From assembly GCA_048939765.1 (NCBI GenBank), contig JBHLPF010000020.1:1-64000 (forward strand): a DNA stretch of 64,000 bases. Direction: 5' to 3'. This document shows positions 48,736 through 59,233 of the stretch, piece after piece. The notes under the pieces were generated by a model. That model was not told where the DNA came from. It worked only from the letters and a program-made list of their open reading frames with translations, and searched no databases. This stretch comes from Promethearchaeota archaeon (GTDB lineage: Archaea; Asgardarchaeota; Thorarchaeia; Thorarchaeales; Thorarchaeaceae). The first letter of the stretch is position 1; each line of letters opens with the position of its first letter. The position numbers and the translations under genes were made by a program.

Positions 48736-49466
48736 TAGCTCTTTCCCAACTCCGGTTTTTGATAGCGAAGGGCAAGAGCCGCTAGTTTGCGGATCTGAGG
48801 ACTGATTCTCAAGACTGAGAAGAAGTTCGCTATGGCTGCGGGCATACTTCGCTTCAATGTGCCAAAGCAGCCATCACATGGTGTTCCTGCCATCAAACAC
48901 CTCGCTTCACAACCGGCCCTTGTGATTGGACCCAAGCAGAGGACACCTTCCCGAATGAAACAGCTCTTTGGAGGCCTTGGTGGATTGATGCAGTTGATTT
49001 CAGTGGAGTAGTCTTGGTCCATTGTGTAGGGACACTCAGCGCAGACATTCTTCTCAGGAAGTATGAAATCGGTCCCTTGAATCGCAGAGAGCAATAGATT
49101 TCCCATTAGATACTGAGGCGGAGGACAACCCGGGAGCAGGGCGTGCAAATCAACATATTTGCCCACTGGGTACACTTGCATGTTTTCCGATTGACTCATA
49201 ATACCACCAAGGACTGCACAAGTTCCTAGAGCAACTATCTTCGCACCATCAGTGTAGAGCTGACGAAGGAGATTCGCTTCGGATTCATTTGTAACGCACC
49301 CTTCTACAAATGCTATCTCTGCTCGTTTAACAGAATTCTGGTCGGAGATGATAGGGAAGTAGCAAATATCCGCCGATTTTATGATATCAGGAAAGACAGG
49401 ATTTGCAAGTAGCGAAAACAAACACCCGCCACAAGAGTTGAGTTGGACGAAAGCAAGTCGAGTCAT
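48735..49466 (-). CDS. [NiFe]-hydrogenase small subunit (MvhG-like)
   Basis: SCGGC, GTCA, PGCPP, VCAEC, CLGPITRAGC..C...CDGC. Confidence 0.9.
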   Translation of the reverse strand: MTRLAFVQLNSCGGCLFSLLANPVFPDIIKSADICYFPIISDQNSVKRAEIAFVEGCVTNESEANLLRQLYTDGAKIVALGTCAVLGGIMSQSENMQVYPVGKYVDLHALLPGCPPPQYLMGNLLLSAIQGTDFILPEKNVCAECPYTMDQDYSTEINCINPPRPPKSCFIREGVLCLGPITRAGCEARCLMAGTPCDGCFGTLKRSMPAAIANFFSVLRISPQIRKLAALALRYQKPELGKS

Positions 49467-51994
49467 GTTTCAGTCGCCCCTCTCAAATCTTCTGCGAATT
49501 GATTGATATGATCTGCCACTATATGCCCTTCCAATGCTGATACTTTCAACACACGCACTCTGTTTTGTAACTCAGGCCCCAGAAACTCAATGAGCGCTTC
49601 AATCCGCTTGGTAGCTACTTGGATCCCATCGAGATGCCTACAAGCAGTTTCATGACACCCAATTAAGGTGATACCATCAAACCCAGCCTGTAGCGACGTT
49701 ATTAGAAGATCGGCATCAATAGAGACGGTACATGGCACACTGAGGAGGTAAGATCCGGCGTCATATTCGTACCGACGAGCGCCTGCATTGTCTACAGCAG
49801 GATAACCACAAGATTCACAACACAAGACTAGGATTTTGGGAGATTTTTTCCCTTTTGATAGAGCTGAGATTGCGGCCCGCATTTCATCCTGAACACTCGA
49901 TGCAGTAATAGCACCCGTGTGGCATACGACCGCACACACTCCGCAGTTTCGGCATCCAAAGGAATCTATACGAATCGTATTCTCAACAAGTGCTATGGCA
50001 TTATGAGGGCACGCCTCGACACACAGACCGCACACTCCACATTTATCCTGGTCGACAATTACCGTCAACTCGCCAGTTTCAAAACTATCGCGACCGAGGA
50101 AGAGGAGCGCCTCCAAGGCTGCTAGTTGTGCTTCACTCTCGAGCTGGGGATATGGCTTAGGACCTGTTACAGCACCACAAGCCCACACGCCTGTTGGAAG
50201 ACTCCGGGCGTCCACAAATCCTCCAGATTTGAGATTGAAACCAATTTCAGCTTGGAGCTTCGTCATGCGCTCATCTGGAGTCATTCCCATGTTGAGTACT
50301 ATTAGGTCCCCACTGAAGTCACCAACATCAGTCTTGATAACATGATGACGCTTCCTCATGTACGATTGCAGGACATTGCAGACATGTACACGCTCGTCCT
50401 CAGGAATTATTCCAGTGTGCGCGTGTGGTAAGCGTGAACGCTCATATAGAACCTTGACTGAAATCTCGTCATCCATATCATCTATTAGACCCATGTATTT
50501 GTGTGCAACATTGCAGCAATAACCGGAACAGACAGTTTCAGAACCTACACACTGTAGGATGATTAATGATTTCACAGGCTTCCCATCGGAAACGCGAAGG
50601 ATTCGTCCTTGAGTGGGGCCATCAGGAGCAAGCATGCGTTCAAATTCGTAGGATGATACAACATCATTGTAGGGATCATAGGACAAGGGATGAGAAGAAG
50701 TCAAATCTTCAGCATTAGGAAGAACTGCACCAGTGGCTAGGATAGTCCCTCCAACTGTGAACTTGACAATCTTAGATTCTTGATCCAGATCTATTGCATG
50801 TGATGGGCATGCCTCCAAGCAGTCACGACATGACTTGCAGAACTCGATATCGTCTACCTCAATGACGGGCTTATGAGGATAGGCAAATGGACAAGGCAGG
50901 TGAATTATTCGATGTTGTCCGATGCCAAGCTCAAACTTATTGGGCCTGGTTTCCGGGCAGGCCATGGTGCATTCTCCACACATTGTGCAGCGAGTTAAAT
51001 CGACATAGCGTGGAGATTGGATGGCTGTGACTTCATAGTTACCCGCCTCTCCTGTTATGCTTGCGAGTTCGCTTTCCGTGAAAATGCGCACATTTCCAGC
51101 AAGCATGACCGATGAAACTAGCTCACTAATCATACAAGGGCTGCAGTCGACTGACCCATGTATTCGTTCCCAGTGTCTAGCAGTTCCACCCAGACAGGGA
51201 GCACTCTCGATTAGTATCACCTCTAACGGAGACTTGGAAAGCACGTTAGCTGCAATCAATCCTGCAATTCCCCCACCGATGATGGCCACGCTCTTGCGAA
51301 TAGGTACCACCCTCCTTGTAGCATGGACATAGTGATGTAGCTTCGCCACACTGGCCGCAATCAATAACAGTGCTTTTTCGGTAGCCGACTCAGGATTGCG
51401 ACGATGGACCCATGAACAATGCTCTCTGATATTGGCGAACTCAACAGGCATCTCAAGTTGTTCGCATATCTTGCTGAACAAGTCATGGTGTAATCTTGGA
51501 GAACAGGCTGCGACTACCAGACCATTCAGAAAGTGCTTGCCGCACCACGACTTAATCTTCTCCACATTATCTAGCATGCACAGGAAGGGGAAAATCCTCT
51601 TGGCCATGACAGTTGGTAGCTCTGAAACCTTTTCTATGAGTGCTGTTGTGTCTATCGCACGGTCAATCTCAGACCCGCATGAACATAGGATAACTCCAAT
51701 TCTGTGAACCCTATCAATGGTTTCAGTGATGTGTGCCTCAGTTGGTCTACCAGTCATTAATTGATCTTTTGTTGACATGAGACGGACTGCATTCTGACCT
51801 GCTGCTGTAAGCCGATAGAGGCCGTGATGCTTCTCTACGAATCCATCTAGCTTCTTGAGATGATAGTTTAGTAGGCCAGTTTCATCTAGTCCTAATCTAC
51901 TCAACAGGGTCTTGTAGGGAACCAACCGATCAGAATCAAGAAGCTTCAGTATCTTTTCTCGCAAAGGATGTGCGAGGGCAGCGTATATGTTCAT
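49463..51994 (-). CDS. Winged-HTH-HdrA-MvhD fusion protein
   Basis: ALAHPLREKILKLL...LLNYHLKKL...YRLT (ArsR-like wHTH); CSCG, ACSP, GGGIAG, DCSPC, ferredoxins (HdrA); CCESC, VPC, GCHETACRH (MvhD); probable start ATG 51994. Confidence 0.88.
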   Translation of the reverse strand: MNIYAALAHPLREKILKLLDSDRLVPYKTLLSRLGLDETGLLNYHLKKLDGFVEKHHGLYRLTAAGQNAVRLMSTKDQLMTGRPTEAHITETIDRVHRIGVILCSCGSEIDRAIDTTALIEKVSELPTVMAKRIFPFLCMLDNVEKIKSWCGKHFLNGLVVAACSPRLHHDLFSKICEQLEMPVEFANIREHCSWVHRRNPESATEKALLLIAASVAKLHHYVHATRRVVPIRKSVAIIGGGIAGLIAANVLSKSPLEVILIESAPCLGGTARHWERIHGSVDCSPCMISELVSSVMLAGNVRIFTESELASITGEAGNYEVTAIQSPRYVDLTRCTMCGECTMACPETRPNKFELGIGQHRIIHLPCPFAYPHKPVIEVDDIEFCKSCRDCLEACPSHAIDLDQESKIVKFTVGGTILATGAVLPNAEDLTSSHPLSYDPYNDVVSSYEFERMLAPDGPTQGRILRVSDGKPVKSLIILQCVGSETVCSGYCCNVAHKYMGLIDDMDDEISVKVLYERSRLPHAHTGIIPEDERVHVCNVLQSYMRKRHHVIKTDVGDFSGDLIVLNMGMTPDERMTKLQAEIGFNLKSGGFVDARSLPTGVWACGAVTGPKPYPQLESEAQLAALEALLFLGRDSFETGELTVIVDQDKCGVCGLCVEACPHNAIALVENTIRIDSFGCRNCGVCAVVCHTGAITASSVQDEMRAAISALSKGKKSPKILVLCCESCGYPAVDNAGARRYEYDAGSYLLSVPCTVSIDADLLITSLQAGFDGITLIGCHETACRHLDGIQVATKRIEALIEFLGPELQNRVRVLKVSALEGHIVADHINQFAEDLRGATET

Positions 51995-52118
51995 AGTTGT
52001 ATCGCCCTTTAACCTGACTAGTTCTGGTGGAGCCCGCAGGAGCCAAGAGCTTCCCGTGCTAGACAGGACACCGAAACTTGCAGTTTCGTTGTCAGGTCCA
52101 CATTCTTTGCGAGCAATC

Positions 52119-52138
52119 ATGACAATAAATGTTGTCTT
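52119..52138. promoter_or_regulatory. ATGACAA-N6-TTGTCTT palindrome upstream of the wHTH-hdrA gene
   Basis: Same arms and spacing as 47352-47375. Confidence 0.65.
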
Positions 52139-52476
52139 GGCACAGGATGCTTCTTATCAAGACATGTCATAGGTGAACCGAAGAAGCCCAGCGTATTGAC
52201 GCAATTATTCCAAATCATGGTCTGAAATCTTGCTCCGAGGAGAGAGATTTTCTCTTATCTTTTGATTATCTATAAAAACCGCAAAGTGAAGAGGTTTCCA
52301 AATGACCTCAAGAAACTGGTTCAAATGATTGAAAGGGCTCGGAATTAAGTTCAGTAGCTGATTTGGATACAATGAAAAGGGCATAGAGCGACTCAAAGAA
52401 TCAAGAAGTGTGGCTCTAATGGTGAGCTATATTAATCAACAAATGACTTTCATCCCAGGAGGACCTGGTCGATACT

Positions 52477-53154
52477 ATGAAGCTCGACAAGTCCGTGATT
52501 GGTCTAATTTCCTTATTTTTCGGACTTCTGGCATATTATCTACTTGCAATTGTAGCCATCTTCAATTACTCCGAACGCTTCGATATCTACAATGATTTAT
52601 GGACCCATCTCCGCTGGTTTGAGTATAATCTTGAGGGTGCATTGTTCTTTAGAATTGGCAATGTGCTCTATGCACTCACATTGGCAATCTTCTTCCTAAG
52701 TGCTAGTGGATGGCAAAGTGCAGTTGCGGAAAGGAAATCTTCAATCTATCTCATTCAGACGATTGGCATCTCCATTGCTATTTCGATGATAATTCGTGAA
52801 GTTCTAGCTGATCAAGCCAATATATTTGCCATTGCATCAGGAGCAGGTCTATTGCTCACTGTGATCATTCTAGTTGGAATTGCATTCTCATCATGGAGTT
52901 ATCCGGAATTCTGGAGGGCGTCGATACTATTCTTCATCATTAGCATAATATTGAGTTCATACTTGCTATATATGGGAATCATCGATGCACCTATTCAAGA
53001 ATTCAGAATTATTGATTTCTTGGTAACTGTTTTCAATCAAGCATCAATATTTGCAATTGCGCTAAACATGGCCAAAATCCAATCCCATAACTCCGCAAAT
53101 ACAGTACATATCAAAATAGAAGGGCGTTCAGCAATGCAGGTATGCTCTTGTTAA
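52477..53154 (+). CDS. Multi-TM membrane protein
   Basis: About 6 hydrophobic segments. Confidence 0.65.
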   Translation: MKLDKSVIGLISLFFGLLAYYLLAIVAIFNYSERFDIYNDLWTHLRWFEYNLEGALFFRIGNVLYALTLAIFFLSASGWQSAVAERKSSIYLIQTIGISIAISMIIREVLADQANIFAIASGAGLLLTVIILVGIAFSSWSYPEFWRASILFFIISIILSSYLLYMGIIDAPIQEFRIIDFLVTVFNQASIFAIALNMAKIQSHNSANTVHIKIEGRSAMQVCSC

Positions 53155-53257
53155 TTGTGGAGTGAGAGTCAGCTTACGAGAGCTCGTTTTTGGTAACTTC
53201 CATTCCAAAAAGCCTTTGTTAGAGTCATATCCTGATGCAATAAGCTGTGATGCATTC

Positions 53258-55078
53258 ATGACTAGAAGAGTATCAGTCCTTGCTTTGGTTGTGATGACTC
53301 TATTCCTAGGTAGTATCACAGTGATGTTGTTTTTTGTTGGGTCAAATTATCCTGAACGATATGCACCTCCTCCTCCAGTGGAAGATTTCGATACTAGTTT
53401 TTGGAACCTCACAAGTGCAGTCGCATCACCTGTCAGTGTGAACAATCACTCATCAAGTAACTCTGTGATTGAGTATCAGAACACAAGTGTGCCCATCAAT
53501 GAGTGGTATTTTGACTACATAAGCGAGGCTTACAATGGTGCGACGGTGAGAATCAATTCGGTGATCATTTCAAAACAGGACCTCACATCTACCAGGCCCA
53601 CAATTCTCTATCTTCATGGCTATGGTGAGCAATACTCAGACTACTTGCCGATGCTTAGAGAATTTGCTGCTGCGGGATTCATAGTCATGGGAATTGATCA
53701 ACCTGGCTCAGGCAACTCCACAGGATATCCAGCTCTGAGTCCATTCACATTCTTGAATGTGACCACTGGCCCTGAAGACTCCAGTCTTTTCCACTCTGTA
53801 TGGGCCGCTGCACGTGCATTAACCCTCCTTGAATCGTTGCCTTTTGTGAGAACAGACGCGTTGATTGTAGCTGGAAACTCAATGGGCGGATTGGTCACTT
53901 TCATTCTATCAGGAATCGACTCTCGTGTTGATGGATCAATCCCAATGATTGCTGCAGGGAATTTCCCAAACTCGTTGACTTCAGGCTCTCTGCTGAATCT
54001 TGCAATAGTGCCCTCGTACAATATTGGATCTGATGAACTGGACAACATAGTCAAATGGTTTGACCCGCTGGCATACGCAAGATTGCTCACTGATCCTGTC
54101 TTGATGATGTTTGGCACGGACGACCAATTTTTCCCCATCACATCAATGATGGATACAATAGGTGCAATACAAACAGATCTCACATTAGATATAGTCCCTA
54201 ATTGGGGCCACGAAGTTCATCCTTCTTGGAGTCAGAATATTATAAGATGGGTTGGTAATCACTTCGAAGATGGCGCATCGCTGCCAGAACTCCACCTTTC
54301 TTTCGACAATCAACTGACTTTTCGAGGAAGTACCATCAGGACAGAAATAGAAGTAACAGACACCGACATGGCCTTTTTGTGGTGGAGGTCGAGTGAACCT
54401 GGCGCTATTTGGTTATATGCTCAATTGAATTCCGGTACCGGTCCTCTTTCCAATCTCTATACTGGGGAGATAGTACCATTGACCATGGGAAAGGTGCTCT
54501 TTTTTGTCATGGCTGTGCAAGAAGACTCGACTCAGATATCCTCAGGGATCTTTGTAGGAAAAGCAGGATCTATCCTATTTCCAGCATTACTCATTCTGTC
54601 TAGTATAGGGATACTGCTTGTCCTCGACTTACGCATATGGGAACCCAGAAGATTCCATCTGATTCGAGAGACCCCATATATTCTAGGAATACTCACACTT
54701 AGTTCAGGATTTCTGCTGCCATTCGTTACAATCCAAGGTAGAACAAGTCTTTCATTATTCCAATTTATTGAGATGTATGGAGAGAATTTCCTACTAAGCG
54801 GCTGGTTTCTTCCAGCTGTACTTGCAGCAATCTGCTTCGTCATTTCTCTCTCAGCATTTCGGCATAGATTCCAATTTCGTATCGCTGTTTACATATGGTT
54901 GCCAATCCTTGTAATTGTATCAGTCCTCTATACAATCTTCAATGGAGTATTCATTTTGGCTGGTGATTTCTTTTCAATTGAAACTGGTGTCGGTGCAGTG
55001 ACATTGATAGCCGCAATACCGTTCATGCAGATTCTGGATAGGCTCTTCAGAACTCATCTTAAAGAATCACAATATTAG
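53258..55078 (+). CDS. Membrane-anchored alpha/beta hydrolase (esterase-like)
   Basis: LHGYG, GNSMGG, GTDD, WGH; N- and C-terminal TM segments. Confidence 0.8.
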   Translation: MTRRVSVLALVVMTLFLGSITVMLFFVGSNYPERYAPPPPVEDFDTSFWNLTSAVASPVSVNNHSSSNSVIEYQNTSVPINEWYFDYISEAYNGATVRINSVIISKQDLTSTRPTILYLHGYGEQYSDYLPMLREFAAAGFIVMGIDQPGSGNSTGYPALSPFTFLNVTTGPEDSSLFHSVWAAARALTLLESLPFVRTDALIVAGNSMGGLVTFILSGIDSRVDGSIPMIAAGNFPNSLTSGSLLNLAIVPSYNIGSDELDNIVKWFDPLAYARLLTDPVLMMFGTDDQFFPITSMMDTIGAIQTDLTLDIVPNWGHEVHPSWSQNIIRWVGNHFEDGASLPELHLSFDNQLTFRGSTIRTEIEVTDTDMAFLWWRSSEPGAIWLYAQLNSGTGPLSNLYTGEIVPLTMGKVLFFVMAVQEDSTQISSGIFVGKAGSILFPALLILSSIGILLVLDLRIWEPRRFHLIRETPYILGILTLSSGFLLPFVTIQGRTSLSLFQFIEMYGENFLLSGWFLPAVLAAICFVISLSAFRHRFQFRIAVYIWLPILVIVSVLYTIFNGVFILAGDFFSIETGVGAVTLIAAIPFMQILDRLFRTHLKESQY

Positions 55079-55198
55079 AATGAAAGAAAAGAACTGTTGT
55101 GATTGGACACGCGACTCAGTTGATCTTCCATCATTCTCGAGTACATGGTTCAATCTGAAAGTATTTAGTCATGAACCTGGAGCCCCTGCTGTCAAGGA

Positions 55199-56494
55199 TT
55201 GTTACTAATATTGTCAGAAACCCCAATAGAACTAGACAATGCAAATTCTCCTAGCCTAGACTATGAAGGAGACGTACTTACTGTACTGAACCTCTCTCTG
55301 GTGACGTTCCTAATCATCATTGGTCTGAGCATGGTCGCTCCAATTCTACCAACATATGCGGAGAGCTTTCAAGTTTCATACACACTCGTTGGTTTCGTTG
55401 TGTCATCCTTTGCGGTAATGCGAATGCTTCTTGATCTGCCTGCGGGTCTTGTTTCAAGGAGGTTTGATAAGAAGAAAATCATGATGTCAGGCCTGGTCCT
55501 CATCTCTACCTCATCCGTGCTAGCTGGTTTTGCTCCCAACTATTCTACTCTTGTTATTGCTCGGATGATCGAGGGAGCAGGTTCAGCTCTGTATGTGACC
55601 ACAGCAACAGTGTTCCTTGCTCAAATCTCTGGAGAGGAGAAGAGAGGACAATGGATGAGTCTTTACATGGGAATGTTACTTCTAGGCTCCATCTTTGGAC
55701 CTACATTTGGGGGTATTATTGCAGACACGTATGATATTCGTGCGCCATTCTTCGCCTACGCAATAGTAACAGGCATTAGTTTGATTCCAACATTTGTATT
55801 GCCAAAGCTGCCTAATTCTGGAAATGGGTCTTCTCTTTCCAGACATCAAATCCTTCATGACATGCGGGAAGTTCTCTCCACGCCTTCGTTCCTCTTGGTG
55901 ACCTTTGCGGTCTTTACAACGTTCTTTCTGCGGACAGGGGTGAGAACTACACTAGTACCCCTATATGCGGCGAATAACCTAGGGCTGGACTCAGGTGCCA
56001 TCGGCCTTATCCTAACTATTGGGGGAATAACAACAGCTCTTACAATAACCCCGATGGGAAGTGTTTCGGATAGAATTGGTAGGAAGATACCCCTAGCATT
56101 ATGCCTTATTCTGAGTGCAGGAGTTACTTTGATAATTCCGTTTTCCACAGACCTTTTCGCATTATCTTTTGTTATGGCAATATATGGAGCAGTCATTGGG
56201 TTCTCAGGTCCTAGCGCGGCCTATGTGACCGATGTATCACCGCAGGACAAATTGGAGATATCCATGGGACTCTATCGTATGATCAGTGATTTTGGTTTCG
56301 TCATGGGACCTCTTCTACTAGGTTTCTTGGCAGACGCGACAGCCATGCCAGTAGTCGGAGCGCCTCACTCAGGCCTAATTGGGATAGTTCCTTTCATGGC
56401 GGCATCAATTATCCTCATTGTAGCATTCTTTGTACTGGCAAAAGCTGATGATCCAGCAAAGGAAAGAAACCATTTGAAGAACAGGGAGCTATAG
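55199..56494 (+). CDS. MFS transporter
   Basis: About 12 TM segments; GSVSDRIGRK, ARMIEG, GPTFGG. Confidence 0.9.
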   Translation: MLLILSETPIELDNANSPSLDYEGDVLTVLNLSLVTFLIIIGLSMVAPILPTYAESFQVSYTLVGFVVSSFAVMRMLLDLPAGLVSRRFDKKKIMMSGLVLISTSSVLAGFAPNYSTLVIARMIEGAGSALYVTTATVFLAQISGEEKRGQWMSLYMGMLLLGSIFGPTFGGIIADTYDIRAPFFAYAIVTGISLIPTFVLPKLPNSGNGSSLSRHQILHDMREVLSTPSFLLVTFAVFTTFFLRTGVRTTLVPLYAANNLGLDSGAIGLILTIGGITTALTITPMGSVSDRIGRKIPLALCLILSAGVTLIIPFSTDLFALSFVMAIYGAVIGFSGPSAAYVTDVSPQDKLEISMGLYRMISDFGFVMGPLLLGFLADATAMPVVGAPHSGLIGIVPFMAASIILIVAFFVLAKADDPAKERNHLKNREL

Positions 56495-56535
56495 ATTCCC
56501 AAGACGCAGAAGTGTCCCTTTGTTACAATATGGTG

Positions 56536-56613
56536 AGAGAAAGGGTACTCGGCTATGTGAAAAGGGTGTGTCCCCATTACTCTATCGTACCGCCGCCAAC
56601 ACTTCTCTCTAAC
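56536..56613 (-). repeat. Dispersed repeat, copy C
   Basis: GAAAGGGTACTCGGCTATGTGAAAAGGG...TACTCTATC...CTTCTCTCTAAC. Confidence 0.85.
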
Positions 56614-56720
56614 TTAGAAGGCAATGGTGATTCATCTGCAGCTTCCGCTACGAATACCTTGTTAAAGAATCAAAGAAATTGTAGGCAGAATAGACGCACT
56701 TCAATTCAGAGGGCCAATAA

Positions 56721-57311
56721 ATGAATAGGATGAATCCTAAGGTTGATGCATATTTGAGCAAAGCCAAAGAGTGGCAGGAAGAATTCGAGAAACTGAGAAT
56801 GATCATTCTTGACTGTGGACTGACTGAGGAATTGAAGTGGGGCAAGCCTTGCTACATGTTTCAAAAAAGTAACATAGCTGTAATTCAGGGATTCAAGGAA
56901 TACTGTGCGCTTCTGTTTTTCAAAGGTGCCTTGTTAAAAGATGCCAATGGTATTCTAATCAAACCAGGGGAGAATACGCAGGCGGGGCGCCAGATTCGGT
57001 TCACCAATTCTGGAGAAATAGTCGAGATGAAACCCATCTTGAAGGCCTATATTCATGAAGCCATTGAAGTGGAAAAAGCGGGTTTGAAAGTGAGTTTTAA
57101 ACCGACTACAGAATTCATAATTCCTGACGAATTTCAAGATAAATTAGATGAAATCCCTGATTTGAAAACTGCTTTTGATACATTGACACCGGGACGGCAA
57201 AGAGCATACATTCTTTATTTTTCTCAACCCAAACAATCGAAAACCCGGAAGTCAAGGGTTGAAAAATATATGCAGCAAATTCTCGATGGAAAGGGACTAA
57301 ATGATCGGTGA
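56721..57311 (+). CDS. YdeI/OmpD-associated (DUF1801) family protein
   Basis: EELKWGKPCY, FFKGALLKD, LTPGRQRAY. Confidence 0.92.
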   Translation: MNRMNPKVDAYLSKAKEWQEEFEKLRMIILDCGLTEELKWGKPCYMFQKSNIAVIQGFKEYCALLFFKGALLKDANGILIKPGENTQAGRQIRFTNSGEIVEMKPILKAYIHEAIEVEKAGLKVSFKPTTEFIIPDEFQDKLDEIPDLKTAFDTLTPGRQRAYILYFSQPKQSKTRKSRVEKYMQQILDGKGLNDR

Positions 57312-57412
57312 GTTTCTCAAAATTCTTGTGATATCTTGTCATTTTATGATGCCAATTTATAAGGCTGAGCAAAGAATGTCAAAAGCTAATTGACGGATTT
57401 GAGGAAGAAGCG

Positions 57413-58372
57413 ATGTATTCTGAGGCTCATGTCATTGAAACTGATAATTTGAGTAAGAACTATGGCGACATTCATGCGCTGAACAAACTCAACCTCAAGG
57501 TGCCTAAGAATTCTATTTTTGCATTCTTGGGTCCCAATGGTGCTGGCAAAACAACAACAATCAAACTTCTTCTTGGTCTCACAAGGCCTACAGACGGAAG
57601 AGCAAGTGTGCTTGGTCAGAATGTTGTATCTGAAAATGACAAAGTCAGAAGAAGAGTAGGGTATCTGGCGCAGCAGCCCAAGTTCTACAAGGAACTTACT
57701 GCATGGGAAACGATGAAGTTTGCTGCCCGCTTGTTTTTCAAGGGACCCGACGACAAGATAAATGAGAGAATTGAATATCTGCTGCAGGTTGTCGATCTTG
57801 AAGATAAATCGGATCGACCGATAGAAGGATTCTCTGGGGGAGAGATGCAGCGTTTGGGGATTGCGCAGGCGCAAATCAACTTCCCTGAATTACTGATTTT
57901 AGACGAACCTGCTGCTGGGCTTGACCCAGAGGGAAGGGAGCAGGTCCTGAAGATAATGGAGTCGCTTCGTACAGAATCAACCATATTCTATAGTACTCAC
58001 ATACTTGATGATGTCCAAAGAGTTAGCGATAGAGTGGCTATTCTGAATAAGGGAAACCTGATTGCACAAGCACCTATTGGAGAACTCCTTTCTGGAACTG
58101 AGGGAATAGCCTATACACTCATTCTTGATGGGGATTCACAAAAAGCCTACAGCAGACTGTCAGCTGAACCTTGGGTCACATCTATCTCTGAAAGAAAAGA
58201 GCGAGGCCAGACTCATTGGGTTGTGGATGTCAATGATGACTCCACAGCAAAGAAGCGACTTCTTCGAACGGTGCTTGCTGATGATGGAGTTGATGTTGTA
58301 GACTTTGGCCTTAAGGAGTATGAACTTGAAGAGATTTTCATGAAACTAGTGGAGGATGACAGCAATGACTGA
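57413..58372 (+). CDS. ABC-2 type exporter ATPase
   Basis: GPNGAGKT, FSGGE, LILDEP, STH. Confidence 0.92.
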   Translation: MYSEAHVIETDNLSKNYGDIHALNKLNLKVPKNSIFAFLGPNGAGKTTTIKLLLGLTRPTDGRASVLGQNVVSENDKVRRRVGYLAQQPKFYKELTAWETMKFAARLFFKGPDDKINERIEYLLQVVDLEDKSDRPIEGFSGGEMQRLGIAQAQINFPELLILDEPAAGLDPEGREQVLKIMESLRTESTIFYSTHILDDVQRVSDRVAILNKGNLIAQAPIGELLSGTEGIAYTLILDGDSQKAYSRLSAEPWVTSISERKERGQTHWVVDVNDDSTAKKRLLRTVLADDGVDVVDFGLKEYELEEIFMKLVEDDSND

Positions 58373-59108
58373 GAAAGAGTTGTTCGAGCCAACCACTGAC
58401 AAGGGATGGAGAATGGGCTTTTCGGCACTAATGAGGAAGGAGTTGATAGCATGGTTTGGCACTTCTACTTGGTGGCAACAGACTCTCCTTTGGAGCCTCA
58501 TTCTCGGTCTCTTTGGGTCTGCAGGAATTCAAGACCCAGAGGCGGGTATAATCATATTCTTTTTCATGGCCACTATTTTCCCAGGAATTGCCACAATAAT
58601 AATCACAACTGAAGTAATTCTTGAAGAGAAACGTTCTGGATCGGCTGCATGGGTTCTCTCAAAGCCGGTATCAAGGGAGGCATTCCTACTGCCCAAGTTC
58701 ATTGGCCTTGCCATAGCCTTCTCAGTTTCAATGGTATTCCTACCTGGATTGGTAGCCTATCTGATTTACTTCGCTTTCGGAGCGGCACCGGACATCTTTC
58801 TTTTTATTCTGTCCCTCGGGCCATTGGCGCTCTGGCAGATGTTCTTATCCTTTCTGACATTGTGTATGGGGACTTTCTTTGATGATACCGGTCCTGTTAT
58901 GGCAGTACCCTTTGCCTTTCTGTTCATAGGAATCAACCTTGGTCAGCATCCTCTTATCGGACCATACGGCCCATGGGGTCTATTCCAGAATTCAATCAGC
59001 TTAGTGACTGGCGGAGATTTTCCATACACTCCCATTATTGTCACAGTGATTGTGTTGCTTGTGTTAATTGCACTGGCAATTTGGAGATTCAGAAGGCACG
59101 AGTTCTAG
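58356..59108 (+). CDS. ABC-2 type exporter permease
   Basis: KEL, EKRSG...LSKPVSR...KF, 6 TM segments. Confidence 0.88.
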   Translation: MTAMTEKELFEPTTDKGWRMGFSALMRKELIAWFGTSTWWQQTLLWSLILGLFGSAGIQDPEAGIIIFFFMATIFPGIATIIITTEVILEEKRSGSAAWVLSKPVSREAFLLPKFIGLAIAFSVSMVFLPGLVAYLIYFAFGAAPDIFLFILSLGPLALWQMFLSFLTLCMGTFFDDTGPVMAVPFAFLFIGINLGQHPLIGPYGPWGLFQNSISLVTGGDFPYTPIIVTVIVLLVLIALAIWRFRRHEF

Positions 59109-59233
59109 ATGGTGTCGCAAATATCACTTAATGAAGGGGTGCTCAATAGAGGAAGGAAAGAGAAGGTTCCCTGTTCATCCGACACCGTCAGGATCCGCTT
59201 CATACCCATCTAGTGGTGATTTGAATAAGTATG

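Noticed and set aside
28191-52120. Selenocysteine recoding in HdrA, MvhD or hydrogenase
   Set aside because: The usual Sec positions read Cys and the ORFs are uninterrupted, so no in-frame TGA is needed. The dispersed repeat is also not specifically tied to these genes, so it is not called SECIS
51995-52120. Extra 42 N-terminal codons of the wHTH-HdrA ORF
   Set aside because: The tracked start overlaps the putative operator, and the wHTH begins at ATG 51994
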